DNA of 64,000 nt from NCBI GenBank assembly GCA_030704615.1, contig CM060732.1, positions 81,406,001-81,470,000 of the forward strand, in the 5' to 3' direction. A program made the position numbers and the translations under genes. Of this stretch, positions 33,309 to 47,300 are shown piece after piece; the first letter of the stretch is position 1; each line of letters starts with the position of its first letter. This DNA is from Takakia lepidozioides (taxonomy: Eukaryota > Plantae > Bryophyta). The notes under the pieces are model-generated. The model saw only the letters and a program-made list of their open reading frames with translations. It was not told the origin of the DNA and ran no database searches.

Positions 33309-36300
33309 ATGAACAGTGTTGGTCCAACTATGGAATACGGAATGAAATTTAATTGTAGAGAGCGTTTTATGTGTGTTAGAGTACTAAGAATTGTTAGAAC
33401 CTTGCAGGTTGTACTACTTCTCAACATAGTGAGGCCAATAGTGGGTGAATTCCCTTGGCACCACAGGCATACACCCAGCATACGAACGTATTCATGGGAG
33501 GTTAGTGCCACGGTCCCTTCCTCTCCCTTTCAATTAGACGCGTAATAGTATATGATTATACGGCCAGTGATACAAGATATGGTCATGCACACAACTAATT
33601 GGTTGGAATCCCTGATATCATATGGTTATTTGTTTGTACTATTGCACTGACCCGTCTAACTGGACAAATTAAGTTAATTTTCTTGTGGTGACGAACTGTT
33701 CGTGCATGGCAGATACAATACACAAATGTAACACTGCTTTGCAATAGCTCAACAATTGTAACTGTGAATGGACTATTCCCAGGCCCGACAGTTGAGATCT
33801 TCGAGGGTGATAGAGTTTTGATTACAGTCACGAACAGGGTGGCATACAACATAAGTATCCACTGGTATGTACATGTGTGTTGTCTCAAAACTGATCAATA
33901 CGTTCCCACAAGATTAGCAAGGTTTGCATTTTGTAGGTATGAGCATAAACAATTTGAATTGGTATTCCATCACTATGTATTCCTCTGTTGGTTGGAAATA
34001 GCGGTGCACCTTTGGTCACCTAAATATTCAAAATCTTTGATAGGCAATTCATGGCCGATCCATGAAGTCCAAATATACCACCATCTAAAACAATACATAT
34101 TCCCATATCGTTTTGAAAACTTCTTGAAACACAGGTCTACAATCTAAAATTAAAACTGAGTCGCGCTACTTAGCTCTACAAACTTCCAATATTCCATGGT
34201 GGAAAAAAAATGTACCTGAGGCTTGGCGTACTAGAAAGTCTACATGGATTTAGTTCAATAATTGTGTAGATCTCATTGTTACTTGTAACTCTATGTGCTT
34301 TCCTAACTCAGTTCAGGTATTCGAATAAGTCAGGTTCTCCATTTGTAAGTGTTACAAACTAACAAAGCACATTTGGAGCTTTTTCCTAGCTAAGGAGCTT
34401 CATGAACTGAAAATTGTGGAGTAAACTTCTAATTGACAGGCATGGAATAGAGCAGCGTCTATCAGCATGGGCGGATGGACCTTCTTATGTAACGCAGTGC
34501 CCCATACAGCCAAACTACACCTATACATACGACTTTATGGTAGTAGGACAGACGGGTACATTGTGGTGGCATGCACACATCTCCTGGATCCGAGCTACTG
34601 TGCATGGGGCTTTCATCATTCACCCGAGGCCAGCTAACAAGCTATTTCCTTTTATCTTTCCCAAGAAGAGGGTTGTCAAGGACGTTCCAATCCTTCTTGG
34701 TGAGTTATCTTGCTTGATCCCACCACCACAACTTCAAATATTATTCGCAAGAAGGAGATTGATATTGTTTTGAAACGTTGTACCACAAATTGTGAGCACT
34801 GCTAGTTTGGAAATTCTACAAAGCATCTAGATAGGGTAGTTTATGTAATTGGACATTAGAAACATGAGACGTTATATCTAGAGTTGCTTACAGAAAAACA
34901 ACAGCTGCACATATCTAGGTGATGTACAGAGAAATGTTTAAAAATCGAAAATGCTAGGGGATCAGTCATGCTTGGTCGGTGTTACATTAGTTTATTAATA
35001 TTTAGATATATATATTTGGATCAACAACGCATTGATCAAGGTTGTATCATTCCTCATGTACAAGTGGGGCTGAAGCTCTCGAGCGTCCCCTATAAGAAAT
35101 ATCCAAAAGAGTTTTAATTGTATCATGTTAAAATTATAGAGTCAATTAAATATATGATGGCTTGGGATCGACATTTGCAATCAAATGCAACTACTAGCGC
35201 TGTGGACAATTTATAGATCATGCCGTATTTGACACAGATCTGTTAAATCTTAGAAGTACTTGGATGTATATCATCTTGAACATTCAATTGCAAATCTCTT
35301 ATGTAACTTGTGAGGCTAGCTCCAGGCCTCTGGAATTCAAATGAACTGACAATTTGGCTTGATATGAAATCAGGGGACTTTTGGCGGGGCAATGTGGAGG
35401 ACATTGAGAAGTCACTGCTCAGAACAGGCTCAGGGCCAGGTTTTCCTCAGTCGTATCTCATAAATGGACAACCTGGAGCATTATATCCATGTTCTTCGAC
35501 AGGTGTGCTAACTAGATAGCTTGTTCATGCTTCCATGCAGCGCTTGATGTAAACTCGCGTGCACTCATCTAGAAACGTTATTTTATTCAAGAGGATGCAA
35601 ACGTATATATTCATCTACTATCCATATTTTATGGCATGTGAATTGCTACTAAGGAGTAGTCTATACGTGTGGTGTGTGGTGGATGTGTTTAGGTATGTAC
35701 ACCCTCAATGTGACTGTTGGCGAAACGTTTCTACTTCGTCTCCTCAATGTGGCGTTGAGTGTCGAGTTCTTTTTTTCAATTGCAAATCACACATTCACCG
35801 TGGTTGAAGTGGATGGCTGGTCCATCAAGCCATTCAGTACATCAGTCGTATTCATCCCTCCAGGTCAAACGACAAATGTTCTCGTTAAAGCTGACCAGCC
35901 CTCCAACTCCAACTACTACATGGTTTCCTCAATCTACAATTCTAACCCAAATGTTCCATTCAACCCCGTATCGGCATATGGTTTGCTCAATTACATTCAG
36001 GAGTTGGGATTTGACGGTGATATTGATGTCGACTTCCCTCGTCACAAATCTGGCCAGGGCTCAAATAACTCTAGTAAACCACTCACACCTCTTGTGCCCG
36101 CTTTTGATGATACGAACTCGGTTACGAACTTCACTGAAAGCCTCAAAGGCCTTAGCTCTGAAACTGGCACAGTGCCCACGACAGTGGATCGAAACGTCTT
36201 CCTTGCTTTCTCGTTGAATTTGCTCCCGTGTGGACCTCAAGGCGACTGTCAGGGTCTTTTTGGACAACGACAATCAGCCTCTATTAACAATATCTCCTTT

Positions 36301-36976
36301 GTTCTGCCAACATCAACCTCTTTGCTTCAGGCCTACTACTACAATACTAGTGGGGTCTACACGACAGATTACCCGGAAACTCCACCTGTGCCGTATGACT
36401 ACACGGGGATCGGCCCTTTTGTGTTTCCAGATGCAAGTCAATCCACAAAAGTCATCGTCGTCGAATATGGCTCCGTCGTGCAAATGGTATTGCAAGATAC
36501 AAACATAATTGGTGTTGAAAACCACCCCATTCATCTGCATGGTTATAGTTTTTTTGTTGTAGGGGTGGGGTTTGGGAACTACAATGCCTCAACTGCAACA
36601 TTGAACTTGGTGGATCCACCGAAGCAAAACACCATTGCACTTCCAAAAGCAGGCTGGGTGGTCATCAGGTTCACTGCAGACAACCCAGGTATGGAGCCAT
36701 TTGCATTTTTAGAGAATCTCGCATATGATTCATCTACTATGACTTGCAGTTTCTACTAGTTATGCTTATCAATGAGGAACAATTCTTGAAAGTGCTATCT
36801 TGTTCAGCAGAGACTAACACATGTACGCTTGCATATTTTCCGCAGGTGTCTGGTTTTTGCACTGTCATTTGGAGATTCATATGAGTTGGGGTATGAAGGT
36901 GGTGTTCATCGTGAAGAATGGTGTGGGTCCAAAACAAACACTTCCTGGTCCGCCTTTGGATTTACCGCAGTGTTAA
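33309..36976 (+). CDS. LAC: Laccase (multicopper oxidase), copy 1, 6 exons
   Basis: Exons 33309-33500, 33713-33864, 34440-34699, 35374-35502, 35693-36688, 36846-36976. Copper motifs [28 protein letters not shown] and the C-terminal DLPQC. The start may instead be a downstream ATG (33330 or 33369). Confidence 0.95.
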
Positions 36977-38112
36977 TAGTAACTAGATCTTTTGATCATT
37001 GAAGCTCGATCAACCATCCCCATGCATCGAACTCGAGAGACTCCATATACAACCCTAAAAACCATTTCCAACAAGAAATTCTTGTCATCAAACCTCACCC
37101 AATTCTATGTGCGGCCTTCCTCGACATACATGTTCACATGATTTATCATCTTGCGCAACCAAGACAAGAGTATTGAGCTCGACATTTTAGGTAGAACTTT
37201 TGAATAAAGCCTACTTTGAATAAACATAGGAATAAGCGGCCCAAAGAAATGGGAATCGACGGCACTTCACAAGCACGATGCGCTCTAGCAAATAGTTGGC
37301 TGCCGCCATCGCCAAAGCTATGCCACCACTCATCTTGCCCTAACCCTAAATGACATTTTTGGTCACATGGGCACCACCCATGTGGATTCGATCTCACGAT
37401 CACCTGTAGAACTAAGCCTCTAGCCTAAATAGGCTTAGGAGGAAAATATAATTGAGTCACAGTTATGAGGACCGTGCCCCGGCCCTGGAGTTTTTTGGAA
37501 AATAATTTCACCATTCATTTAATATTAAATAAGCGTATTTTTGTATTTTCACCTATCCTGAGGCCCGACAAAATAAGGAATCTATCAAGAACGATTCTAG
37601 AGCATCGGAGAATTGGGCTTAAAATATGCTTGCCAAGGCTATGTGGATTGGCTTACTGAAAAGGGGAATTTTAAAAGCATTTTAATTACATAGATATAAT
37701 ACATAAGGGGGTTAATTTTTCAACAAATTACAACTTACAGATGGGGGTATGATATTATAATCACAATATTAGCTTTTAATCAAATTCATTATTTATAAAA
37801 TCACAAAAATCAAGTATTTAGATATTTATGAGCTAATTTTCAATCAATGTTTCGCTATATATATATATATATGATTAGTTAACAAGATTGTTAAGTAATC
37901 TGATTGGGTGTTTCATGCTACATCTGTATATATTTATGTGACGTTTACAAGATCGCCAAACAATTTGATTGGGTTTTATTGGACATTTAGATTGAGTTAG
38001 CTTTTGGTCTCATTGGTGGCCGCGCGAGGTCTTTCTTATCTTATCTTCTCTTGCAATTCCTTTGAGACTGCAAACTAGAGGTGGCAATGAGGGGACTGGT
38101 GGGAACTCTAGA

Positions 38113-38441
38113 ATCATTCGGATATTTGAGTTTACATGATATTGCGGCAACGATGAGGCAAGAAGGAGACGGCAGTGGCCACAGAATTCATAGCTCCTAC
38201 GCTTCACACCCATGAGATGAAGAACTAAGATAATTGTTTTTCTCTTTCTTGAAATAGTTGTAGTGAACGATAGATATCATTGGGATATTTGAGTACTTTA
38301 CGTGATTTTGGGGCGCAACGAGGAGGCAAGGAGGAGACGGCGGTGGCCATAGGGCCTTAGTTCTTCATCTCATGGGCGTGAAGCGTAGGAGCCGTGATTT
38401 CTTCTCTTTCGTGAAGAAGTTGTAGTGAATGATAGATATCA
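38113..38441. repeat. 163-bp tandem duplication with an internal 37-bp inversion
   Basis: Copies start at 38113 and 38276. 38193-38229 is the reverse complement of 38356-38392 with one mismatch. Confidence 0.9.
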
Positions 38442-39140
38442 TACACTGTGACAGGGAGCAAAAGGAGAGAGAAGGGTTGGAACAAATCTAGACTTGTGTG
38501 CACAAAAGTAGGATGTGGTGCTGTAAGTGGGAATCATATGGTTGTGCAGCTCGTGGATATGGAGTGAAGTGACGAGCTATCCAGAAGGAGTTCTGCCTCG
38601 AACTTCCTTATGTCAGTGATGTACATCGAGGGTGCATTGTGAATCTATGACTATTCAATGTGTTATGAAGTAGCCAGACTAGAACAATACTAATTTCCAA
38701 GCTCTTGCAGTACTATCTGTCGACTGATTTATCAACTGATAGAAGGCAAAGCAAATCAAATATATCAAAGCAAATCAATCCAAAGCTCACACCTAATGTG
38801 AATAAATACGAATGAAACTTCCAAGTAGAGCAATTTCTGTTGTAGGTACCACAGCTCATTCGGGCCAGAGGATAAAACATCTGCCGTCTTGGAGGTTACA
38901 TCCGCCATGGCAGCCAAGAAGTGGAAACCACGACCTCCGAAGAAGAAGGTCGCATCCGCCAAGGAGCAAAAACCAAAAGTATTGAGGACGTCGAGAACAA
39001 AATGTGGTGAAGGCATCAAGAGGGGATGTGGTGCACCCATCCTTCTTCGCGCTGCGGGGGTTATGTTGATTTGCAGTGAAGCAATGTTATTTGGACCCTG
39101 AAATTGCAGAGGTCATGTACTACGAGAAGAGACACGTTAA

Positions 39141-41117
39141 TTGAACATACGACAGGCTTGGCAGGGTGTTGAACGGTTCAACAATATTCGACGGCTGTCT
39201 GGGGAGAGGATGGAGATGTCACGTGGAACAACAGGTGGTGGCAAGCTTCAAGTGATCGAGACCAAGGCTACATATGAAGAAGAAAGAGAAGTGTACATAG
39301 ACGAGATTAGGGATTTTTCCCTTCTTCTTGCTTTTCTCTAGACGATAGGACTCGTAGACGTTGGCTGTGTACAGAGGTTGGCAGACAAGACGGTCAGTGA
39401 GAAGTGTCTACGAGTAGGGAGAATGGCACAGAAACTGATGCATGGTGTGGCGGTTGGGAGGACTGGATGTAGTCCAGTACCATGTGCAGTTTCTAGGATT
39501 GTGTGGTAGTCTAGTTGAGTTGGTGATTGCTGAAACTGGTAGGATCTATATATAAAGTACTCGTTGGTATTTGGCCATGTTGGAATAAGAGCCAGCGACA
39601 CACAACGGTGACTGTAGCGATCTATGATCTGTGATCTCACCTACTTGCCAGGGACTTAGTCTAAATTCAAGTATGGTCATGAAGGAATCATTGGCAGGGA
39701 ATTAAGGTTGAAAATCCAGAGGCACAGGCGGTACAGCGAGAAAGAGAAAAATGAACTGAGGAATGTAAGATTTTGGTATCAAAGCAGATTTCGACCTTCT
39801 GGGATTTGTGGTTTATGAGCCAACTGAAGTCAGCGCTAGAAGCTCGTTGCTTCAGTGGGATACAGTCACCAAAGATAGAAGTGATATATCTCCAGGGTCG
39901 ATGGAGGGAGAGACAAGCTTTACATAGGCTGCAGTTGAGAAAACACAAGAAATGGTTGTGCCAGAAGAACTTATGACTATGAAAGCGGGAGATCTAGCTC
40001 AGGTCATTCGCGAGGCAGTAGCTAGTGGAGTGAAGGAGAGCATAGCCGCTATTAGAGACCTACAACAAATCCAACTCCACTGGCGGTGCCACCCGATCAA
40101 CAAGTGGTAGACCAACCAGTAAGTGCTCCCCGTAATTCTCTGCATGTAAGAACTAGGACAAAAAGAGAAGAGGCTAGAGGTGGTTTCTGCCTCTGGTGCA
40201 TCCTCACAGGATAGCCATTCTATGTTGGCAAGGGATTCTAAGAGAAGAACGGTTGACAAGGAAATTAGAAAGATGACGCATCTTCCTGAATTCCACGGTC
40301 GCACAAATGTATCTTGTACAGAGATGCGCTGTATTTCTGGAGACTCTGGAAGAATTCTTCAGTGAGGACTATACAGATGCAGATAAGATCCGCACAGCCT
40401 CATTACAAATGAGAAGCGAATCTAAAGAATGGTGGATCAGAATGAAAGAGAAGCCGGGTATGGAAGGGAGATTAAATCCAATCGAAATCTTACATTCCTC
40501 AATTCATTTTTCTCTTTCTCACTGTACTGCCTGTGCCTCTGGATCTTCAACCTTAATTCCCTACCAATGATTCCTTCATGACCAAACTTGAATTTAGACT
40601 AAGTCCCTGGCAAGTAGGTGAGATCACATATCATAGATCGCTACAGTCATCGTTGTGTGTCGCTGGCTCTTATTCCAACATGACCAAATACCAACGAGTA
40701 CTTTATATACAGATCCTTGCAGTTCCACCGATCACCAACTCAACTAGACTATCACACAATTCTAAGAATTGCACATGGTACTGGACTACATCCAGTCCTC
40801 CCAACCACCACACCATGCATCAGTTTCTGTGTCATTCTCCCTGCTCGTAGACACTTCTCACTGACCGCCTTGTCTGCCAACCTCTGTACACAGCCAACGT
40901 CTATGAGTCCTCTCGTCTAGAGAAAAGCAAGAAGAAAGGAAAAATCCCTAATCTCGTCTATGTACACTTCTCTTTCTTCTTCATATGTAGTCTTGGTCTC
41001 GATCACTTGAAGCTTGCCACCACCTGCTGTTCCACATGACATCTCCATCCTCTCCCCAGACAGTCGTCGAATATTGCTGAACCGTTCAACACCCTGCCAA
41101 GCCTGTTGCATGTTCAA
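39141..41117. repeat. Long inverted repeat: 633-bp arms (39141-39773, 40485-41117), 711-bp spacer
   Basis: The arms are reverse complements (4 transitions in the first 60 bp). Mirror-image ORFs at 39141(+) and 41123(-) encode nearly identical peptides. Confidence 0.95.
39774..40470 (+). mobile_element. Degenerate LTR-retrotransposon (Ty3/gypsy-like) PBS plus gag fragment
   Basis: TGGTATCAAAGC at 39774-39785 is one mismatch from the tRNAiMet PBS TGGTATCAGAGC. Frameshifted LPEFHG..FLETLEEFFSEDYTDADKIRTASLQMRSESKEWW resembles the Retrotrans_gag pattern. Confidence 0.7.
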
Positions 41118-42428
41118 ATTCACAGGGACATTAAATCAGGAAGTGCCTTTGTCATCCGGGTGAAAGACTTTCCGTTGGCAGACATATCGTGTGTAAAGGC
41201 AATTACTGTCAAGTGGGTGCAACGTCGACAGTGTCCACCACAGCAGGAAGGGGGCCATCCGTATTCCCAAGTAGGTCGACTGTTTCCACCAGAGGCTGTA
41301 CCAAATCATCTCCATGCGGAGGGATACATGTGGACTTGGAGGCAATGTGAGCAGCATTGAGCAATGCAGAGATATTTGTATACCCTGTGGGGTGGAGGGG
41401 GGGGGGGGGTTGCTCCATGGTGTAATCTAGGCATGATAAGTCATCCCTACTTTCCAGCACCATGACCAGTGCATTTTGTGTAGTACCTCAGCCTAGCAAT
41501 CACAACAGCATTTGCAAACTTGTGCGCACATTGCAACGCCTCGCTCACATGGGAGTCACTGTAATCAAGAGAGCTTGCACAAGTCCAAACGGCATAGAAG
41601 TAAGCACCTGTTCCATTTCAAAAGAGTACATAGAATTATAAGTTCACAGAAGAGATTGAAAAAACAACAACATTGCAATGTCTGGTCTATTGCAAAGGAT
41701 GAGCCCTTTCACATACCTGAATCCTGACCAATCCAACCCATGTCAGGGTGATTGCAGGCTACGGTGGCTCAAAAAGTCACATGGTGGCCTACGTGCAAGA
41801 AGTCCCAAGGTTTTTTACCATTTTGATTTAATGATCATGGAAAAATTATAGTCGCTAGATTCATCCATGCTGAAAGATATGGACCGTCTAAAGTTGACAG
41901 TAACAGATACTATGGCATTATTTCTATTTTTCCTAGTAACAAACATTATTATTTTTTAAATATATTTTTTATATATCGCATAGTGGGACTCAAGCTACTC
42001 TTCATCTACATGAAATGTACCTTTTAGTGAAGCACGTCCATGATTGTCTTATTTTGTTTCCATGCATTCATGTATTTTGGCAAAAATCAGTTTTTCGAGG
42101 CTCACAATAATATGTAGAAGTAAGAATTTTCACTTTTTTTATGGCCTCTATAAGACTTTAGTATTTTTAAGAGTAGAGCAATACTAATATGAGTCCCTTT
42201 TATCATATTTGATTTCTATAGTGAGTGCAAAAAGTCCATAACACCTTTTTTTATAGACTGTGACACTGTCGTATGCTCTTTTCTCCATTACTTCGACAAA
42301 TCAACTTCATTTCTTGACCAATGAGAATTTAAAAGTTAGAGCTTGTAGTAGTTGAAAACATAAGAGTGGGTCCCATTTCATCATTGTAATAAAAACTTGT
42401 CTCTAAGGTACAATTGAATCAAACTATG

Positions 42429-44381
42429 TCATGTAAAACACGTGTTGTGACACAAAAATGTAGGATTAAAAATGACAAGGTCCCGCACAGCCCTGTATCT
42501 AACTTGTTGCATGAAGTCATAGATGGAATCCAATACACGCACTCGGTCCTGCTCCTCTGAGTCCACAAGGTCATCTGTGCTTTGGAGCATCCCCTTCTTG
42601 ACCTCATCGTAGCGGGGCATGCCATCAGACAGTAATTGTCCAAATGTCAGGAAATTCCCAGCAGCATTTCTAATCGCATTGTTACCCTCGGTGGTGGACA
42701 AAAGTTGTTCAAGGAGTTCATCTAACAGGCAGTTTTTGGCTGTGGATAGGGGAGTAATTGACGCGTCAACGTGGCACATCCAAATGAGGCGCAAAACTCT
42801 CATGAAATGGGGCACTTTAAGGACCTCTTCCAGATTTGTTGATGATGTAAAATGCTCGATGAGCATGTGGGCTTCTTGTTTCGAATGACTCAAAATATTA
42901 GGCATTTGTGGGAACTCACCCATCTTGACAATTCTGAACAAGGGGGACCAGCCCCATTTAGCCTCGTGTATTTCATCATGTACTAGCCTCTCCCATTTGG
43001 CCATCCCAGCCTCCACATATTGACTTCTTCGAGCCTTCAACACAGACAGAGCTGCAACCTCCAACCCTATATTTGTTATATTTGATAAGAGCCACGCATT
43101 CTTCGTATCGGCCCGCATGGTAGGAGTGAAACCAGGGCGTATGGCAAATAAATTTAATGTCTTCCTTAGAAGCTCCCCCTCATGGGGAGGTCCACTGTGC
43201 TACCACCATAGTCAGGCGCAAGGAAGGACCCCACATTAGCATACAACAGAATACAATGAATAACAGTGACAGAAAAAAGATATGCACCGTAAACAAATAT
43301 GCCATGGATGTAAAAGAAATGCTTCATGTCCAATTACAAGGATTACAATAGAATGGAAACAGTCCCAATGCAGATCTTGCTTTGCAAACACTCTTATTCA
43401 CATTTAAAGACTGCATGGAGAATAAAGTAGTTGTAAAGTCACCTGCATTCCAAACATGTGGGTGGAAGAGGCAGGGCGCAACAAAAAAAATCCATGGGAC
43501 ACAATCGCAGTACAAGCATCCATAGCAGAGACGATGTGGGTTGGCATGAATGTGCAAAAGCATGACAAAAAATGAGTGTAGGCAGTAGTGAGTGAGGGTC
43601 AGAAGGGGAAATACCATGCGTTTGATGAACCATCTACCGTAGGGCATCACCCATCATACTGCCAGGGAAATTGCAGCTCCCCGCAAGGTCCACAAGACTT
43701 TGGAAAAACTCAGGGTCGTCTGACAAAATGAGCCCAGGAGGCAACAAATTGATGTCCATGATGTAGCTTAGACCTGGGCGTGAAACAACAATGGGTTTGG
43801 GTGGAAGAACTACATCAGACTGTATTTCAAAGAAGCTGCTTCAAATGCCTGTCTGGCTTCCTCTCTACTGAGATGTTGAAGAGAACTTGTGGTATCAAAT
43901 CCTCTGGAGTTGGAGCCACGGTATTGTGACTATTGGATTTGCCGTTCGGTTTTTTCGGTCCGTCCCCCATAGATGTCGTTTGTTTCTCTGGCAGGATGAC
44001 TGTGTGCTCTACAATGGTGGACTCCCCTGGCTTAACAGACTGTCCCACATTCTTTTGTACATGCAAGTGCATCTTCCGCACCTTCGATGGTGGCTCCACA
44101 AATTCGTCATCACCGCTATCAGCCAGCTGGTCCACCACCTTATCCACCTTATCCTGCACGTCCACCTTATGCGGACGCGAGTTTTTACGCAGCATGAGTC
44201 CGTGCTTGGTGAGAACACCCTCATACATTGCCCTTTGGGCCACCTCAAAAATAGGGTACATTTTGAGTTTAGGGGCACCCTTGTACTGAAGAGCATCACA
44301 TCCATTTATCCTCTGAATGTTTAGTTTCTTCTTGTCTTTATAGATCTTAATATTACAATATATGCATTTGAAGGGCTTCAC
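42429..44381 (-). pseudogene. Unidentified protein-coding fragments inside the insertion
   Basis: Long ORFs 44381-43827 and 43118-42429 plus a shifted frame at ~43826-43640 have protein-like composition. No family was recognised. Confidence 0.4.
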
Positions 44382-47300
44382 GTTATTAGAACCGGGTTCC
44401 TCAACCCGAGCTCAACCCTTGCCTTCGTGTGGGCCTCGCAGATCAATTCCTCCCACTCTTCTGAGTCGTACTCCTCTTGGTACTACCGACACAATTCCAC
44501 CGTGGTGGATTTTTTGACCATATCGCCAAAACAAGTGGAGCGCCTCGACCACCGCTGCTGTCAAGGGCCAATGTGAATGGTAAAGCGAACTCCTCACAGT
44601 GTGGAAGCGACACTATGGAAGCGACGCGGCAAACGACAAGGAAAACATAATGGAATACCGGCGAGAGCAACAGGGCTGCAAGAACAAAGACAATATGTAC
44701 AATGAAACCCTAAAGGAAAAATGAAGAAGGACTTCTACCACGCAGCTACCCCGACAATGCGACATACACGGCCAGATAATGTGAAGAGAAGACCAATTAC
44801 AGCAACGACAAGAGGAAATGATAAAATTCAAAACTCTGAATGCGCACATTAAGAAGGCTACTTTATTCAACCCCACGAAAGGTGTGCAGCAGAAAGAAAA
44901 CACAAGGGGGACAATAGGAGAACAAATAGTTATGGTGGTGACACCAACCTGTGAAATCCCTTCGATGGATGGAATGTCTGAGTTTTTTCTCGATATTTTC
45001 ATTTACAGACTGTGGACGAGGTCGATATGAAGAGGAGGACTGAACCGTTCAAGCGACATGAATAGTGCAGCAAAACGTCTTGACGTCAATAGTGAAGGGT
45101 GAAACAAAACGTCTCGCGTGCCAAGCGTCCCCTTCCGCCTGCATGTACGCACCTGTCAAGCACATGCACGGGGGGTCACTATATGTATTTTTTCCATATC
45201 ACGTGCGTACAAAGGTATATTTATACTATGCTATATTTTTAAAATTTTGCATTTTTTTCCACCCTATCTTTAGTAATATAATATATATAATATATTATAA
45301 TTCTATTTTTTTATAAATATTATATAATAGTATAGTATAATATTACATAATTCTATTTTTCTTTATAATTTGTTTTTTGGAACAATTAATAAGACCCTAT
45401 TTTAAATCGTCCTTTTAATGATTATAAAAATTCAAAACATGTACACAAACAAGTACATTCCATATAACCTAAGTAAATTGTCGGACCCAATAAAAAGTTT
45501 AATTTTCATTAGCCACGAACTCATTCAAAGCCGCAACATCACTTGGATATAAAGAGATGGTTCAAATGCCATAGTCACTGTTGAGAAATTTATGGTATCA
45601 ACATCAATCCACTGTGTATCACTGGAATCATATTTGAACTTTAGGTGACCTCTACCTGATTTCATCCTGATGGATTAGAGCTGGATGAAATACGATAAAC
45701 TTCACAAGGATGGATACATTTTACTGTAGATAAAATCTTTTATTACATTAATTTTTTAAGTAAAACTCTGGATTTTTGGTGACCCTTCTTTTAAAAAAAT
45801 TGGGTGAAAGGATATTGCCGTACCATATTTTCTAAGTAAAACTTTTCTAAAATTTATCTCAAAAAAATAAATCACACCCTATATTTGTTCTCACGTGGTT
45901 TTGAAAATACGAGGAGTGACCCCCCCAAGACCACATGAGAAAGTCCCAGGGGCAACTGAATGTCTATGCTATGATTGCGTTCTACGACGGTGCGTCTATG
46001 ACGAGGCATTCATGGGACATGCATGATGGATGCGTACAATACAGTAATACAGATTGAGAATATCTGACAGTAGTGAGAATGTAAGACACTGTTTTGGCGA
46101 GCAATGGATCCGGCGCGGGGGCAGAGGGGGGGGGGGGGGTGGCTAGTGTGGGCCGAGGCGCTGCCGCGAGGGGGGTGGGAGGCGGAGGGCGGGGGTGGGG
46201 CCACACAGGCAGGCCCGCTGAGGCAGCATTTGCCTAAACAATTCAAATGTTTACATTTATTATGTCAAACACATACATTGTTTGGTGTCTAAGGGTTCAA
46301 CTAAAAAAAGCTGTAATAAAGACAGAGGTTGAGATAAAGACTATTCAATTTTGTTTGTTTAGACTTTTCATATATGTTTGTAAATAATGTTAGTTTAATC
46401 TATATTGTATGGTACTATGACATGGAATATACAAAGTACAAAGGTCACAAAGATATTATCATTTATATGTATTGAGTTTCTTAGGTGTAATTACACAACA
46501 TGTATTGATTTCTAACTACCAACTTTATACTTGACCAATGCTCATGTACTCAATGCAATAAATAAACATACAGTATAAAGAGCTTTAATAAAGACAAAGA
46601 TTGGGAGAGAGAGATTATTACTTGTTTGTTTAGACTTTATATATTTTTTTTGTCAAGCACGTCAATTTTTATGACACTACCAACAACAACATCCAAAAGA
46701 GGTGGACGTTCATAAAGTAGAATGTGATTGTCTTTCCTCTTCCATTCATACGTCATAAATAATAGACTATTTCTTTCATGCTGTCTAAAAATATCATGTA
46801 TTGAGCCCTTATAACTACAAATAATGAAATGAATCATTTGATGATATCCAACATTATCCCTTACAGACCTATTTGCTTGGAATGAGGAAACATCCCACTG
46901 TTTCAAGCTATCTTAAAAAAAAAAATAGGGTTGAGTCTTTTTCCCAATGTTTCAAACGATCCCAAGTTTAGTCCACTCTGGGATTTTATTGAGGACAACG
47001 GTTTTAAGAGTCTAAGATATGATGCTTCAATATAAAATTATTTTTGATCAATCCAATCTCACTCGAGCTATTGAATATCTTCATGGTTTCTGATTTTCAT
47101 TGCCTTGTAATCACACACGTATTAGATATGATACTTTTTTTTTCACTCATTTTATGTTGAATTCTTGACGCACATTCCGGGCAATCCCAAGACTCTGATA
47201 CATGCCTTCATACGGGGACATGACTATATCTAGTGACCTCCACTGTTCAGTGGAGGTTCACATTCCTGCACTCCCGGATTTATGATTATGTCTCTTTGGC

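Larger units (their letters stand above)
31649..37216 (+). repeat. Laccase tandem-duplication unit A
   Basis: Colinear similarity to 37267-37651 plus 50696-55166, including promoter, introns and 3' flank. Confidence 0.9.

Noticed and set aside
35742-35762. miR397 target site in the laccases (also ~53739-53759)
   Set aside because: About eight mismatches to CATCAACGCTGCACTCAATGA at the homologous position.
47230-47257. 10-bp hairpin next to CTAG as a Helitron 3' end
   Set aside because: The hairpin-to-CTAG spacing is too short, the following base is not T, and no matching 5' end or Rep/helicase was seen.
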